Below are positions 13,440 through 26,099 of a DNA stretch of 64,000 nucleotides, one piece after another. Source of the DNA: Mobula hypostoma (lineage: Eukaryota). Position numbers and translations under genes: made by a program. Position 1 is the stretch's first letter; every line of letters begins with the position of its first letter. Location: NCBI RefSeq assembly GCF_963921235.1, contig NC_086108.1, positions 31,498,001 to 31,562,000 on the forward strand. Reading direction: 5' to 3'. The notes beneath the pieces are model-generated. The model ran no database searches and was not told the DNA's origin. It was given only the letters and a program-made list of their open reading frames with translations.

Positions 13440-14720
13440 AGCAGGAAAGACACTTGACAGGTTGCCATGTATGAAGCTGTGGCATAAAGTAAGAGCACAT
13501 GGTGTTGGAGGAAGCATTAGAATTGATTGAAAATTAGCTCCCAAATAGGAAGCAGAGAGTTGGATTAAGCAGGTTCTTTCCATATCTGATGGAAGTAACT
13601 ACGGGAGTACTACAGGGATCAGTTTTTGGTCCCCAGATGTTCCCTCTTTACATTAATGAGCTGGAGAAATGAACAATATGTGAAGTTTCCAAATTTGTTA
13701 ATGGTACGAAAATTGGTGGAAGGGCATATTGTGATAAAGATGCTGTGATCCTGCAATTGGATATAAATTGAGTGAGTGGGAAAATGGAACAATTGGGGAA
13801 GTCTGTGATTGTGCCCTTCGGTAAGAGAAATCAAAAGGGCAGATTATTAACTAAATAGATAGAGACTGCAAGTGAGTGAAATACAGGTGAATCTACTTCT
13901 TCGAGTGCATGATTCATAAGAAGCCAGTAATCAGGTCCAACAAGTAGTTAATGAGGCAAATAGCATTCTGGGTTTCATTGCAAGAAGATGGAGTTGAAAA
14001 ATAAGCAGGTTTTGTTGCAATTGTACAGGGTGTTGGTAAAACCTCGCCTGAAATACTAGGTACAGTTTTAGTCCCTTTGTCTGAAAGTAAATATAGTAAC
14101 ATAGGAGATCCACCAGGTTAATTCCTTCTCATCTTTCTTTCCAGTCCTGATGAAGGGTGGTGGCCTGAAGTGTCAACTGTTTACTCTTTTCCATAGATGC
14201 CTCCTGGCCTGCTGAGTTCCTCCAGCATTTTGTTGCTTGGATTTCCAGCATATGCAGACTTTCTCATGTTTGAAGTTAATTCCCGATATGAGAAGGTTGT
14301 CCTACCAAGAGAAACTAAATAATTTGTATCCCTTAGAATTTAGCAGAATGAGGAATGATCTTATTCAAAGATATAAGATCCTAAGAGGGCTTGACAGAGT
14401 AGACGGTGGGATGCTTTCACTAGTGGGAGAGTCTTGAACAGGATATAACTACAAATCATTGAAATGTCAATGAGGCTATTCATTGAAATGCGTTGAATGT
14501 CAGAATTTCTTCTCACAATTTTTGAAACCCTCTGCCCAGACAGATGGTGGAACCTGGACCATTTCAAATATTTAAAGTGGAGGTCGATATTAATTGACAG
14601 ATGAAAGAATAGAGGAATATGGAAAACTGGCACAGAAGAGGAGTTGAGGCCAGAGTAGATTGGAAATGTTAAATGGTGGGGCCTGTGTGTCCACTTTCTT
14701 ATCTTCTTGTGGCCGGTACG
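13440..14720 (+). mobile_element. Old CR1 remnant with a Penelope terminal-repeat fragment inserted (~14125-14272)
   Basis: Degenerate RT and C-terminal motifs (LEFSRMRNDLIQ-YKILRGLDRVD). Confidence 0.7.
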
Positions 14721-14998
14721 GATTCTATGCTTCACTTATGGTGAAAACCACCCTAACATCTTTTAGTAAATCCCATGTCCTGAAAAAAGACTTAGTATTT
14801 TAAATGCAGCATGCCAATCCCAACAAAGAGAAGAATAAAGACATGCATTAAACTTCCTGAAGGAGCTTAATTGGCTGTAGATCTCTCTGAGACATCCAGG
14901 CTTTTGGCAGCACTCCTCCTGGGCACTGGCTACACACAACATCAGTTCAGAGCCCTCACCCACAAATGGTGATCTCTAATTTCTAAACAGGCTCAGTC

Positions 14999-15009
14999 CG
15001 TGCGCGTGC

Positions 15010-15054
<45 letters not shown>
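14999..15054. repeat. (GT)n microsatellite
   Basis: Seen directly. Confidence 0.95.
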
Positions 15055-15056
<2 letters not shown>

Positions 15057-15594
15057 TTGTTTAGTGATGCTGACTGAGAGGTCAGAACACCAAGGAAAAA
15101 CTTGTCTGCTGTTTTTCAGAAAGGAATACATCCTCGCAAGGGAGCAGAAGGGCAATCATTATAACAGGTTATCCAAAGCATCGTGCTTCTGCCTGCACGG
15201 CTCAAGCTCCGTATGCCACTCAAGTGAAGGTGATCCTGGGCTTGTGCTCAGATTGCCAGAGAGAGACCTGAACCTACACCTTTCCTATTCAGAGGCACTT
15301 TGATATTGAATAAGTATACCTGTGCATACCATTCATCAAAATCTTTTTTATTAAATTGTGCATTTTTATCTTTATTTCCAGTGGAAATTAATCAGTTTGG
15401 CAGCTCTAAGGGTCGAGCAAAATTTGCATCTGGACAGATTATTTGAATAACCACTCCAGACGGACAACTATCATAGCAGATAATTTCTCACTGACACCCA
15501 CATTACGTTCCCCTCTGAGATGGAGGAGGTTGATAATAAGGAGGACTAAGTCAGTCTTTCATGTCTTAATTTCCTGAGACTTAATATAAGTCTG

Positions 15595-15830
15595 GGTTAT
15601 ACGGTGGTACAGTTTGCAAAGCTACAGCCCTAATATTCCAACACTTCCAGTACAGCCCCGACCTTGGGCACTCTCTGCCTGAAGTTTACACATTGTCCCT
15701 GTGACTAAGAACTAACAATGTTCTTCGACTGCTGTAGTTTTCTCACACATTTCAAAGATGTGTGGGCTGGTAAGTTGTGTGTAGGGGCGAGCAGTAACAC
15801 CTGGGGGAGTTGAGGGGAACCTGTCATGGA
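15595..15830 (+). mobile_element. V-SINE-like remnant
   Basis: Degenerate V-domain-like sequence (GAAGTTTACACATTGTCCCTGTGACT...TTCTCACACATTTCAAAGA). Confidence 0.5.
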
Positions 15831-15963
15831 ATCAAAGGAGGTTAAAGCACGAAAATGGCCTCCTTTGTCCACTGAGTCCACAATGAATGCTGTATTAATT
15901 CTATATTTAAATTATTTCTTAGTCTATTTGCGCTAAATCAAATAGAATAAGCATACATAAATG

Positions 15964-16226
15964 GATCTGGCTGGTGGCGTAGTGGCATCAGCGTCAGACT
16001 TCGGGACGAAAGGTCCTGAGTTCAAATCCAGCCAGCTCCCCTGCACGCTTTCCATCCATGCAGGGTTATGAGCTGGTGATCTCTTTGGAAACTCACCCGG
16101 CAGAAGGCAATGGCAAACTACTGCAGTAACTTGCCTTGTACACGGTTCCCCACTACGTCAGAGAGGCGTGGAGGGAAATCACCCGCTAACCAGAGAAACT
16201 CCGGATGCGACATACCTTTCCTTTTC
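15964..16226 (+). mobile_element. tRNA-headed SINE with RTE-like body
   Basis: A box TGGCGTAGTGG, B box GTTCAAATCC; AGAAGGCAATGGCAAAC motif; TSD CATACATAA at 15952-15960 and 16227-16235. Confidence 0.8.
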
Positions 16227-17179
16227 CATACATAAGTGATTGATAGTCAGTGCAGGCATGGTAGATCCAGACATGTACGTATGATGCTAGGAATCTATAA
16301 AAGTCACAGTTATATTCCCCCTACTCCAGCGTATAAAGTGAAGCACAATGCAACTTTCCAGCTAAAGAATCCAAAGGTAGCAGAAGATAGAGAGTTGTCA
16401 GACAAGAACATACGTGTCTCTGCTCAGTTATGGCTTAAAGCTAGTGCTTCACTCGTATTCCAGTATCCAACCTTCCTCGCTACATCTCTGGAAGATGTGA
16501 TTAAAATATTTTTTTAATGTTAAAAAATGATATCAGAAGTAGAAACTGGACCCTTTGAATAAGAGGTGAGGTGGAATCTCTTCAGCCAGAAGATGATGAA
16601 TCTGTGGAATTCATTGCCACAGAGGGCTGTAGAGGTCAAGTTCTTCTGTCTTGTGCGTCTTGATTCCTCTCATATGTTCTCCAGAGTAAAGGCCAAAGGC
16701 CCATGCTGCTACTGGTGACTCTTCACCACTTGAATCTGTCCCAGTGAAAGTTGGAGTAAGGGGAATTGATATGGAATTCTGAAGGGAAAATATTTCACAC
16801 AGAAGTAGTTAATATCTAAATGAGCTACCAGAAGAAGTAATGGATGCAGGAATATTTAAGGCAGAGATAAATATGTTTTTATTATTGATAAAGACAAATT
16901 AATTGGAGGAGACTTAATGGGCCAGTTGGCTTAGTTCTGGTTTTATATCATATGATATAAATCCAAGTGTAGTAAGATCAGGTGAGAATAATTGAATTCA
17001 TGTGATTTATTTAGTTTATCCAAAAGATGTAAAAGGCCTAGATTTTGCAGTTAAATTAATTGGTTTTTATGTTTTAAATTGTACAAAGTATTTAAGTATA
17101 TTTGACTGGTTTAATTATTTCAATATTTTTATTAATTCATATTTTTTTAAACTCTGAATTTTAACCGTGTCTGAGCATA

Positions 17180-18720
17180 AGGTCATAGAGTTCTACAGAA
17201 CAGAAACAGGCCCTTCAGCCCATCTGGTCCATGCAGAACTACTATTCTGCCTAGTCCCATTCACTTGTGCCCTCCATAGCCCTCCATACTCCTCCTGACC
17301 AAGTACTTATCCAAAATTTTCTTAAATGTTGGAATCAAACCCACATCCACCACTTATGTTAGCGGCTTGTTCCACACTCTCATTAACCTCTGAGTGAAGC
17401 AGATCCCCCTCCTGTTCTCCTTAAATGTTTCACCTTTCAACCTTAACCTATGACCTCTAGTTCTAGTTTCAGCTGACCTCAGCAGGAAAAGCCAGCTTAT
17501 ATTTATTCCATCTGTAACTCTCATAATTTTGCATTCCTCTATCAAATCTCCTTTCATTTCTCTTAACCTCCAAAGAATGAAGTCCTAAACTTTTCAGCCT
17601 TGCCTATAACTAAAGACCCAGTGACATCCTTGTAAATTTTCTATGTACTATTGCAATGTTATTGATATCTTTCCTATAGGTAGGTGACCAGAACTGCACA
17701 TAGTACTCCAAATTAGACCTTTCTAATATCTCCTGTACTCAGTACTCAGATTTATGAAGGCCAATGTGCAAAAAGCTATCTTTAAGTCTCTGTCTACCTG
17801 TGATGCCACTTTCAAGGAATTATAGATCTGTATTCCCAAATCCCTCTGTTCTACCGCTCTCCTCAGTGACTTACTGTTCACTGTGTGGAAGTCCTACCCT
17901 GGTTGGTCCTCCCAAAGCACAACACTTCACACTCATCTGCATTAAATTCCATTTGCCATTTTTAAGCCCATTTTTTCCAGCTGGTCCAGATCCTGCTGCA
18001 AGCTTTGTTAGCCTTCCTCGCTGTCTACTACGTCGCCAGTCTTGGTGTTGACTGTAAATTTTCCGATCCAGTTTATTACATTATCATCCAGATCATTGAC
18101 ATAGTCATAGTCATACTTTATTGATCCCGGGGGAAATTGGTTTTCGTTACAGTTGCATCATAAATAATAAATAGTAGTAAAATCATAAATAGTTAAATAG
18201 TAATATGTAAATTATGCCAGGAAACGAGTCCAGGACCAGCCTATTGGCTCAGGGTGTCTCACCCTCCAAGGGAGGAGTTGTAAAGTTTGATGGCCACAGG
18301 CAGGAATGACTTCCTATGACGCTCTGTGCTGCATCTCGGTGGAATGAGTCTCTTGCTGAATGTACTCCTGTGCCCACCCAGTACATTATGTAGTGGATGG
18401 GAGACATTGTCCAAGATGGCATGCAACTTAGACAGCATCCTCTTTTCAGACACCACCGTCAGAGAGTCCAGTTCCAACCCCACAACATCACTGGCCTTAC
18501 GAATGAGTTTGTTGATTCTGTTGGTGTCTGCTACCCTCAGCCTGCTGCCCCAGCCCACAACAGCAAACATGATAGCATAGATGATAAACAACAACTGACT
18601 GAACATCGACAGCTGTGGCACACCACTAGTTACAGGCTTCCTGTCAGAGAGGCCATCATCTACCACCACTCCCTGGCTTCTCCTGCAAAGTCAATGTTGA
18701 ATCCAATGTACTTCTGATCC
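17180..18720 (-). mobile_element. CR1 LINE, interrupted at ~18105-18576
   Basis: KPVTSGVPQ and KGDLIE...FTQRL motifs. Confidence 0.8.
18100..18576 (-). mobile_element. Rex1/Babar-type LINE 3' end nested in CR1
   Basis: WGSRLRVADTNRINKLIRKA...HPLH...RHRKSFLPVAIKLYN; (CATAGT)n tail; CATAG at both junctions. Confidence 0.8.
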
Positions 18721-19533
18721 TGATGGTCAAAAAAAATTCAGAAACCTCTGTCAACTGGCAGAGCAGGTAAGAGGGATAATGAGGAGGTAATGGCATTCCA
18801 ATCGCCCATCTATGCTATTTGAGATCAGACATTGCCCGGCCTCTTCACTGGAGGTTCTTATGTTCAGCGAGATTGGCCCTCCACATCTGGATAAAGAGGT
18901 TTACAGGGGTGGCAGTTGTGGTTGGTAGGAACCAGTAAAAAAAGATCTGGTCAATCAGCTGCCACAGGATTGAATATTTAGCAAGTTTAGATATAGAATG
19001 GAATAGAAGAATTGCTAGCTATCTGGTTTAAATAATGAAACAGCAGCTACTTTTTTTAAAAAAAAGTTTAATATGGACCGCAGTAGGATTAGGATTGGGA
19101 CCATTTTGGTTCTGAATTTAATCATTTCGATTTCAGAATTTAAAAACAATGTTTATATTTGTTAATGACACAAAATTGCAAAGGAAAGTCAATGTTGCAA
19201 AAAAAATCAAGATGATGTTGAAAGAAATCAACACTTGCTAATCTCCTTAAAGCTGTGGGGAACTTTCAGTCATTGAAATCAACTTCTCTCCATTTACTGT
19301 AGCTGAACTTTGGTGATCTTAAATGTCTCTATCAAAACTCATCTTCTTTCTGTGAGGGGAACAAACCTGGCTTCTCCTGTCTATTAATATCAATTTCAGC
19401 AACCTCCTGGTAGATTTCTTTTCCCGAGTGTTTACTTTTCCTGGACAGGAAAAACAAACACAGTTACAAAGCTTCTTGACAAGTATTTGAATGAGCAGGA
19501 CATAGAAAGACAAGGAATTAATGCAAATAGATA

Positions 19534-19640
19534 TGGTCCTGATAAAGGGTCTCAGCCTGAGATGTCGACTATACTCTCTTCCATAGATGTTGCCTGGCCT
19601 GCTGAGTTCCTCCAGCATTTTACGTGTGTTGCTTGGTAAA
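19534..19640 (+). mobile_element. Penelope terminal-repeat fragment with mutated hammerhead motif
   Basis: Matches the repeat at 49322-49458. Confidence 0.75.
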
Positions 19641-21029
19641 GGTAGGCACGATGATTGGTACCTTTAAACTTGGATGATATCATCTCCAGTTTGACGCAGA
19701 AATAAAACATTATGAAATATTTACAGGAAATGCTGGTCAGAGAAGTCATCTTAACAATACAGACAATAGTTACCTGACGTCTTCAATTATCAGCCAGTTC
19801 TAAGAATTGTTTCACATGTTTTATTACTTACAATGGTGTGAACGGATGTACATACTGTTGGCAACCACTGACTTCTGTCTTTCTGTAATGATTGCAAAAG
19901 ATACCGAATGACACCTCAGTTAAATGACCCTCAAGGATAAGTGATGGGGTAGCAATGGGAGGATTAGTTCTTGTCCACTGTTTCCATTGCTGAGAATATC
20001 AAGTCCGTTCAGCATGCTAAGTATAATGATTGAAGTTTACAGCTAGCTGTTGTTACTACACACACAGTGGGGACCAGTATAATATGGGACCAGTACCACT
20101 TAAAGGTAACCCGTTCTACAAAAAGACATTACGCACATCTTAAAGGGGAACTGCCTAGTAGTGTCCATCTCCAGTGAGTTTAACCATTTACCTTTGATAG
20201 TTAACAGTTTCACCATAACCTACTCCCCAATCATTAAAATGCTCACATCACCATTGACCAGAAACTCAATGGATCGTAAATGCCACGTCAGATTAGAATC
20301 TGTCTCTCATTGGCAAGTGACGCACCTCCTGATACCCCAAATACTTTCGACCACCTACAAGTCTAGAGTGCTATGGGAAACTTCCCATTTACAATCCTCA
20401 ATGTCTGACATCATCCAGCCAAATCAACCTTAATAACTGGGTCCCTGTCCAGTGCATTGAACCTTGTTTCAGCCAATGGTGTACAGTAACTGCAGCATGC
20501 AACCTCTGCATTCACTCATCTTGCCACAGCCTCAGACTCCGCCACGCTGTCTGCGCGCCCTGACAGATGGGCTATCTGTGTGGGCACGCAGACAATCACA
20601 CTCACGAGTATGCATGTTCCAGCCAATTAATGTTTCATTGTGGTGGCGTTCAACTCCCCTCCTCTCATTCCAGTCTTAATGAGACTTGAGCAAGAGCACA
20701 GCAACATCTGCAGTATGCGCCCTGCTTACCTTCATCCTTGGTCTGGGAAGGAAGACTACTGTTTCAATCGACGCTGTAAAGAAGCACCATTCATTTAGTA
20801 ATATGATACTGCTTCCTAGCCACAGTGTTGGCATTTGCTTTCAGTTTGAGAGTTTTAGTCAGCCCTTTTGGCCTAGTGTTTATTATTTTTCCTTGATGCT
20901 GCACACTTATTAAAAGTCAGTGAACTGTTCATCCGTTCTCGCTCTGCACTTGCACTATCACCACATACTTGTGTTGCATCTAGGCTACTTAATTACAATG
21001 ACAAGCATAGCAGTGCCACTACTTCCTTG

Positions 21030-21695
21030 AGAGATTGCAAAGATTTGGCATGACATCCAAAACTTTGACAAACTTCTATAGATGTGCAGTGGAGAGTATA
21101 TTGACAGGCTGCATCGCAGCCCGGTACAGAAACAGAAATGTCTTTGAACGGCAAGCCCTACAAAAAGTAATGGGTTCAGTCCTGTCCATCACTGGTAAAG
21201 CCCTCTCAACTATTGAGCACATCTACACAAAACGCTGTTGCAGGAAAACAGCACCCATCTTCCTTGATCCCCACCACTCAGGTCATGTTCTATTCTGGCT
21301 GCTTCCATCAGGAAGAAGGTACCAGAGCTTCAGGACTTAAACCACAAGGTTAAGGAACAGTTCTTACCCATCAACCATCAAACTCTCAATCCAGAAGGGA
21401 TAACTTCACTCAACTTCATTTGCCCCAGCATTGAAGTTCCCACAACCAATAGACTCACTTTCAACGACTCTTCATCCCATGGCCTCGATACTTATTGCTT
21501 ACTTATTTTTTTATTATTATTTAGTTTGTTTATTTGCACAGTTTGTTATCTTTTGCACATTGGTTGAACACCCAAGTTGGTGCAGTTATATTATTCTATT
21601 GTGGATTTATTGAGTATGCCTGCAAGAAAATGAATCTCAGGGTTGTATATAGTGACGTGTATGTACATTGATAAAATATTTACTTTGAACTTTGT
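21030..21695 (+). mobile_element. Rex1/Babar-type LINE 3' end
   Basis: RFGMTSKTLTNFYRCAVESILTGCI...LLPSGRRY; TTTGAACTTT tail. Confidence 0.85.
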
Positions 21696-21944
21696 CAGTA
21701 CCCCTCAAAACTACCACCTCCACCACGAAGACCGATAAGGGCAGCAGGTGCATGCATGAGAGCACCAACACCCTCCAGTTTATATACCAGTTGCATCACT
21801 GGGAAATGTATCATTGATTCTGCATTGTTGATGAGTCTGAAGTCAGGAACTTCCCCTACGATACTGTGGCAATACCTTCACTAGAAGGACAGCAGAGTTC
21901 AAGAACCTTAATCCTACTTTATATTCCCCACACGTTCTCTTCAA

Positions 21945-22185
21945 GACACAGTTAGTGTAATGCTATTACTGTGCCAATGACCTGGGTTCAATCCCACCAC
22001 TGTTCTTAAGGTGCTTCCACGTTCTTTTTGTGACCATGTAGGCTTCCTCTGGATGCTCTGGTTTCCTCCCACATTCCAAAGGCATAGGGTCTGATGGGTT
22101 AGTTAGTCACATGGGTGTAATTGGACCACACAGGCTCATTGGACCAGAAAGGCCTGTAATCCTGGTGCATCCTTAATTAAAAAAA
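21945..22185 (+). mobile_element. V-SINE-like element
   Basis: B box GGTTCAATCCC then V-domain-like TTCCTCTGGATGCTCTGGTTTCCTCCCACATTCCAAAG. Confidence 0.7.
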
Positions 22186-22199
22186 GTCCTCTCAAGTAC

Positions 22200-22395
22200 T
22201 TGCACACTAGGGGTAATCTGCAGTGGCCTATGAACCTAACAACAATCAATGTGGGAGAAAACTGGAGGAAATCCCACACCATCACAGCAAGAGCATGCAA
22301 GCTCCTTTCAGACAGTACCCGAGGTCAGAACTGAATCAAGGTCTCTGGGACTGTGACTTAGCTGACCTACAAGCTGCACCCCTATGCTGCCCTCT
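22200..22395 (-). mobile_element. V-SINE-like remnant
   Basis: Reverse-complement V domain (GTGGGAGAAAACTGGAG...AGAGCATGCAAGCTCC). Confidence 0.55.
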
Positions 22396-22765
22396 GAGGA
22401 AATATATATTGGCAGGGCCAAGGTTTCCAAAGTTGTTATTCGGCAGGAAAACCTGTGGAGACTGCTGTCTCCAGGGAAGCTGGCATTGGGCTGATTCTTT
22501 TCTACCTCTCCACAAAACCATTCCAAGTGGCCACAACAGATATCTGCCATTCCTCCAAACAGGCTGTCGCTGTGGCATCTGAGAGGACAGCAGGCATCTG
22601 CACTGAAAAACGAATTCATCTGCTTCAGCTTTTGTGAAACATACAGTAAATGACATCTCTGTCACTGGGATGTGCCAATTTTGCTGGCTTCCACAAGTAC
22701 AGGCAGCCTATGAATACACCCATGTGTCCACAAGATTCCCCCTTGACAGCCCATTCATTGTCATA

Positions 22766-23897
22766 GCAGAATCAGAATTAGGTTTATTAGCACCGGCGTG
22801 TGTCCTGAAATTTGTTAATTTGGCAGCAGAAATTCAATGCAATACATCGTATAGAAGAAAAAAAACAAAATAAAGTAATAATAAATAAATTACAGTATAC
22901 ATATGTTGAATAAATTAAAAATTGTGCAAAAACCAGAAATTAAATATATTACAGAAGTGAGGTAACGTCCAAATGTTCAGTGTCCATTTAGGAATCGGAT
23001 GGCAGAGGGGAAGAAGCTGTTCCTGAATCGCTGAATGTGTGCCTTCAGGCGTCTGTACCTCCTACCTGATGGTAACAGTGGGCATGCCCTGGGTGCTGGA
23101 GGTCTTTAATCATGGACACTGCCTTTCTGAGACACCGCTCCTTGAAGATGTCTGTAGATGTTTGTAGGCTAGTACCCAAGATGGAACCAACTAAATTTAC
23201 AACCGTCTGCAGCTTCTTTCGGTCCTGTGCAGTAGCCCCCCCCCCCCCATACCAGACAGTGATGCAGCCTGTCAGAATGCTCTCCATGGTACATCTATAG
23301 AAGTTTTTGAGTGTATTTGTTGACATACCAAATCTCTTCAAATTCCTAATGAAGTATAGCCGCTGTCTTGCCTTCTTTATAACTACATCAATATGTTGGG
23401 ACCAGGTTAGATCCTCAGAGATCTTGACACCCAGGAACTTGAAACTGCTCACTCTCTCCACTTGTGATTCCTTTATGAAGATTGGTATGTGTTCCTTCGT
23501 CTTACCCTTCCTGAAGTCCACAATCAGCTCTTTGTCTTACTGACATTGAGAGCCAGGTTGTTGCTGTGGCACCATTCCACTAGTTGGCATATCTCACTCC
23601 TGTACGCCCTCTCGTCACCACCTGAGATTCTACCATCAATCTACCAATAATGATCATATCATCAGCAATTTCATAGATGGTATTTGATATGGCTAGCCAC
23701 ACAGTCATTGGTATATAGAGAGCAGAGCACACACCCCTGACGTGCGCCAGTGTTGATCGTCAGCGAGGAGAATATGTTATCACCAATCTGCATAGGTTGT
23801 GGTCTTCTGTTTAGGAAGTCAAGGATCCAATTGCAGAGGGAGGTACAGAGGCCCAGGTTCTGCAGCTTCTCAATCAGGATTGTGGGAATGATGGTAT
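22766..23897 (-). mobile_element. Rex1/Babar-type LINE RT C-terminus and 3' UTR
   Basis: ORF 23045..23521 VERVSSFKFLGVKISEDLTWSQH...KKARQRLYF...ESILTGCITVWYG. Confidence 0.9.
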
Positions 23898-23899
23898 TC

Positions 23900-24400
23900 C
23901 TACTGCTCCAGAAAACACAGCTGCTCCTTCAAAGTGCAGCTGGTTATTGATTATGAGAAGAATTTTCTCATTGTGAATGCCACAACTCTGAAAAGAGTGT
24001 ATGACATCTTCATCCAGACGAAGTCTGCACTGTATGCATTATCAGTGGCCAGAAGAAAAGAGTGTCCTGTCTAATGACACGAGCCAAAGACAGACACCAC
24101 ACCACCAAGACAACATCATGATCAGTGTGGAGAGCATGAAGAGGAAATCACATTAGCCGAGGTGCACCTGCAGTAGGTGCCAAGCAGATTTGAATACTGC
24201 ACCATCCACTGTTTTGCACTGCACAACATAGTGGACCAACCACAGCAGATGGGCAGCAAAAGGGGCTCAGAAAACGGGGGCCAGGATGAGGAGTCTGGAG
24301 AGTGGCAGGAAAAAGAGGAGCATGCAGAAAATGGCGGCAACTTGGGGGTTGTCTCTGCTCAGCTTGGACAGCCTCATCTTCCTGCTGAGTGGAAGAAATA
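23900..24400 (+). mobile_element. Probable PIF/Harbinger transposase C-terminal remnant
   Basis: Frameshifted GA-LQ*VPSR...HCFALHNI plus acidic tail, resembling the GGxLQYxP...CCxLHN motif. Confidence 0.4.
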
Positions 24401-25796
24401 AGCGGTAGCCAGAAGGTAGACCAGCAGGGACAATTTTCCATAAGAAGACTTTACATCACAGACCAAAACTCTCAATCCCACCAAAGCAGCAATAAAAATC
24501 TTATGATATAAAAAAAATCTTCTCGTGGCCTGCTGTACAGGCCCACCTGCACTGAACTGGTACCCAAATGAATGAAAACCCGGTCTGATTGCTGAATTGT
24601 CCTGTACATCCCTGTGCCTCCTGATTAATACCACCTCATTTAAAGAACTCTGGTGTCAGTGTAAATCTTGGTGAGATTCCATCATATCTGTTTTCAGCAC
24701 TAGATCCCCACTCCCCAGCCCCCTTATCCCTGTCATACCACACCACTCAAATTCACAACAGATTTTGTCCAATGTTGTGTGTTTTAGCCCAGAAACTAAT
24801 AATGCACAAAGTACTAAACGCAACTATGTTATAGTGCACAAAGGCAATGGAAATTCTAGACAGAAGATTGGATACTGATTTGTGCTCTCTTTCAAATCAA
24901 ATTAACACCAAAACAAGCCATTAAGTTTATTTAGAACTAACAATCTTGATTGTACCTGTCCTTACTGTTAATCCTTCAACTTCCATAATCCTGAAAGAGG
25001 AGACCAAAATAGGAGTCAAGAATTCAGTGTGCATGGTCAAAATGAAACTATTCTCTTGTGCAGCCTAATGAAATGCTTTCTCCATTGCTCATTGCTTTGC
25101 ACTTTTCAAACTTTCCATCTTGCTTTCAGATATAAAGCATTTTCATTTTTCTTTAGATCTTCAAAGAGTGATGAGATCACAGGAAGTGGTGCAAATGCTA
25201 GCTTGCTACAGTGTGGGACCAATAACCATGGCCCAGACTTGAGTCCTGAGACCCCAACACTGCATTGCAACGGAGTGCAGAGAGAATATCTGCTTGCGGC
25301 AGATGCTAATGTCAGAATGTGTAATAAAAACACTTCTGTTCTGACAATTACCAAACCCCCAAAGCCAGGAAATATGAAGAAACCAGAATTAGAATTCTTA
25401 GTGGAATATTATGGCTCATTTATAGATTTAAACTGTGGGAAAAGAATCAAATCTTTCAGGTATTTTTCTTTCTATATTACTTACACTATAAAAAGCAGTA
25501 CTTTAACTGATGACCATTGGGGAAGTTCCAAATTCGAACTCGGGGTAAAGTAACCCTACAGAAGATCACCCCTCCACTCCTCCCCCACACAGATATATGA
25601 CCATGTTCAGGCTTGCAATCAAAATTCATTCACAAGTGTGGAAAGATTTTGTCACATTATGACCTTTATAGGTTTTTTTTCAGACACGTATCTGACACAC
25701 AAAAATCCATCATCTTAATTAACAGCCTTGAAGACTACTTAATGAGCAAATTGCTTTCTCACTTTTCTAATGAATAGTAAGCATTCTCATGTTACT

Positions 25797-26041
25797 TTTT
25801 TTTAAGCATGTCGTACCAGACATTCAGCCATTCTTGTCTGGCATGTGGTGTCAGGATTAACCAGGTCACGTTATGAACGTTCCTGACTCGACCCTTGTAT
25901 TTTTTACGAGGCCAAGTGGCTAGCTCAACACTCAACCCGGCACGGATGGAAAGCGTGCTCGGGGGTGGCCCAACCTGGATTCGAACTCGGGAACCTTCGC
26001 TCCGGAGTCCGGCACTGATCTCACTGTGCCACCAGCCGGCC
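25797..26041 (-). mobile_element. tRNA-derived SINE with A tail
   Basis: Minus-strand A box TGGCACAGTG, B box GTTCGAATCC; TSD GTTACT at 25791-25796 and 26042-26047. Confidence 0.8.
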
Positions 26042-26099
26042 GTTACTAAAATATAGAGAGTATAGTTTCAGCCCATAATGTAGATTATTCCCCCAAAGA

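Noticed and set aside
19303..19440. Minus-strand exon-like segment after a pyrimidine tract
   Set aside because: The sequence is a degenerate CR1 C-terminus (EKPGLFP...LIETFKI)
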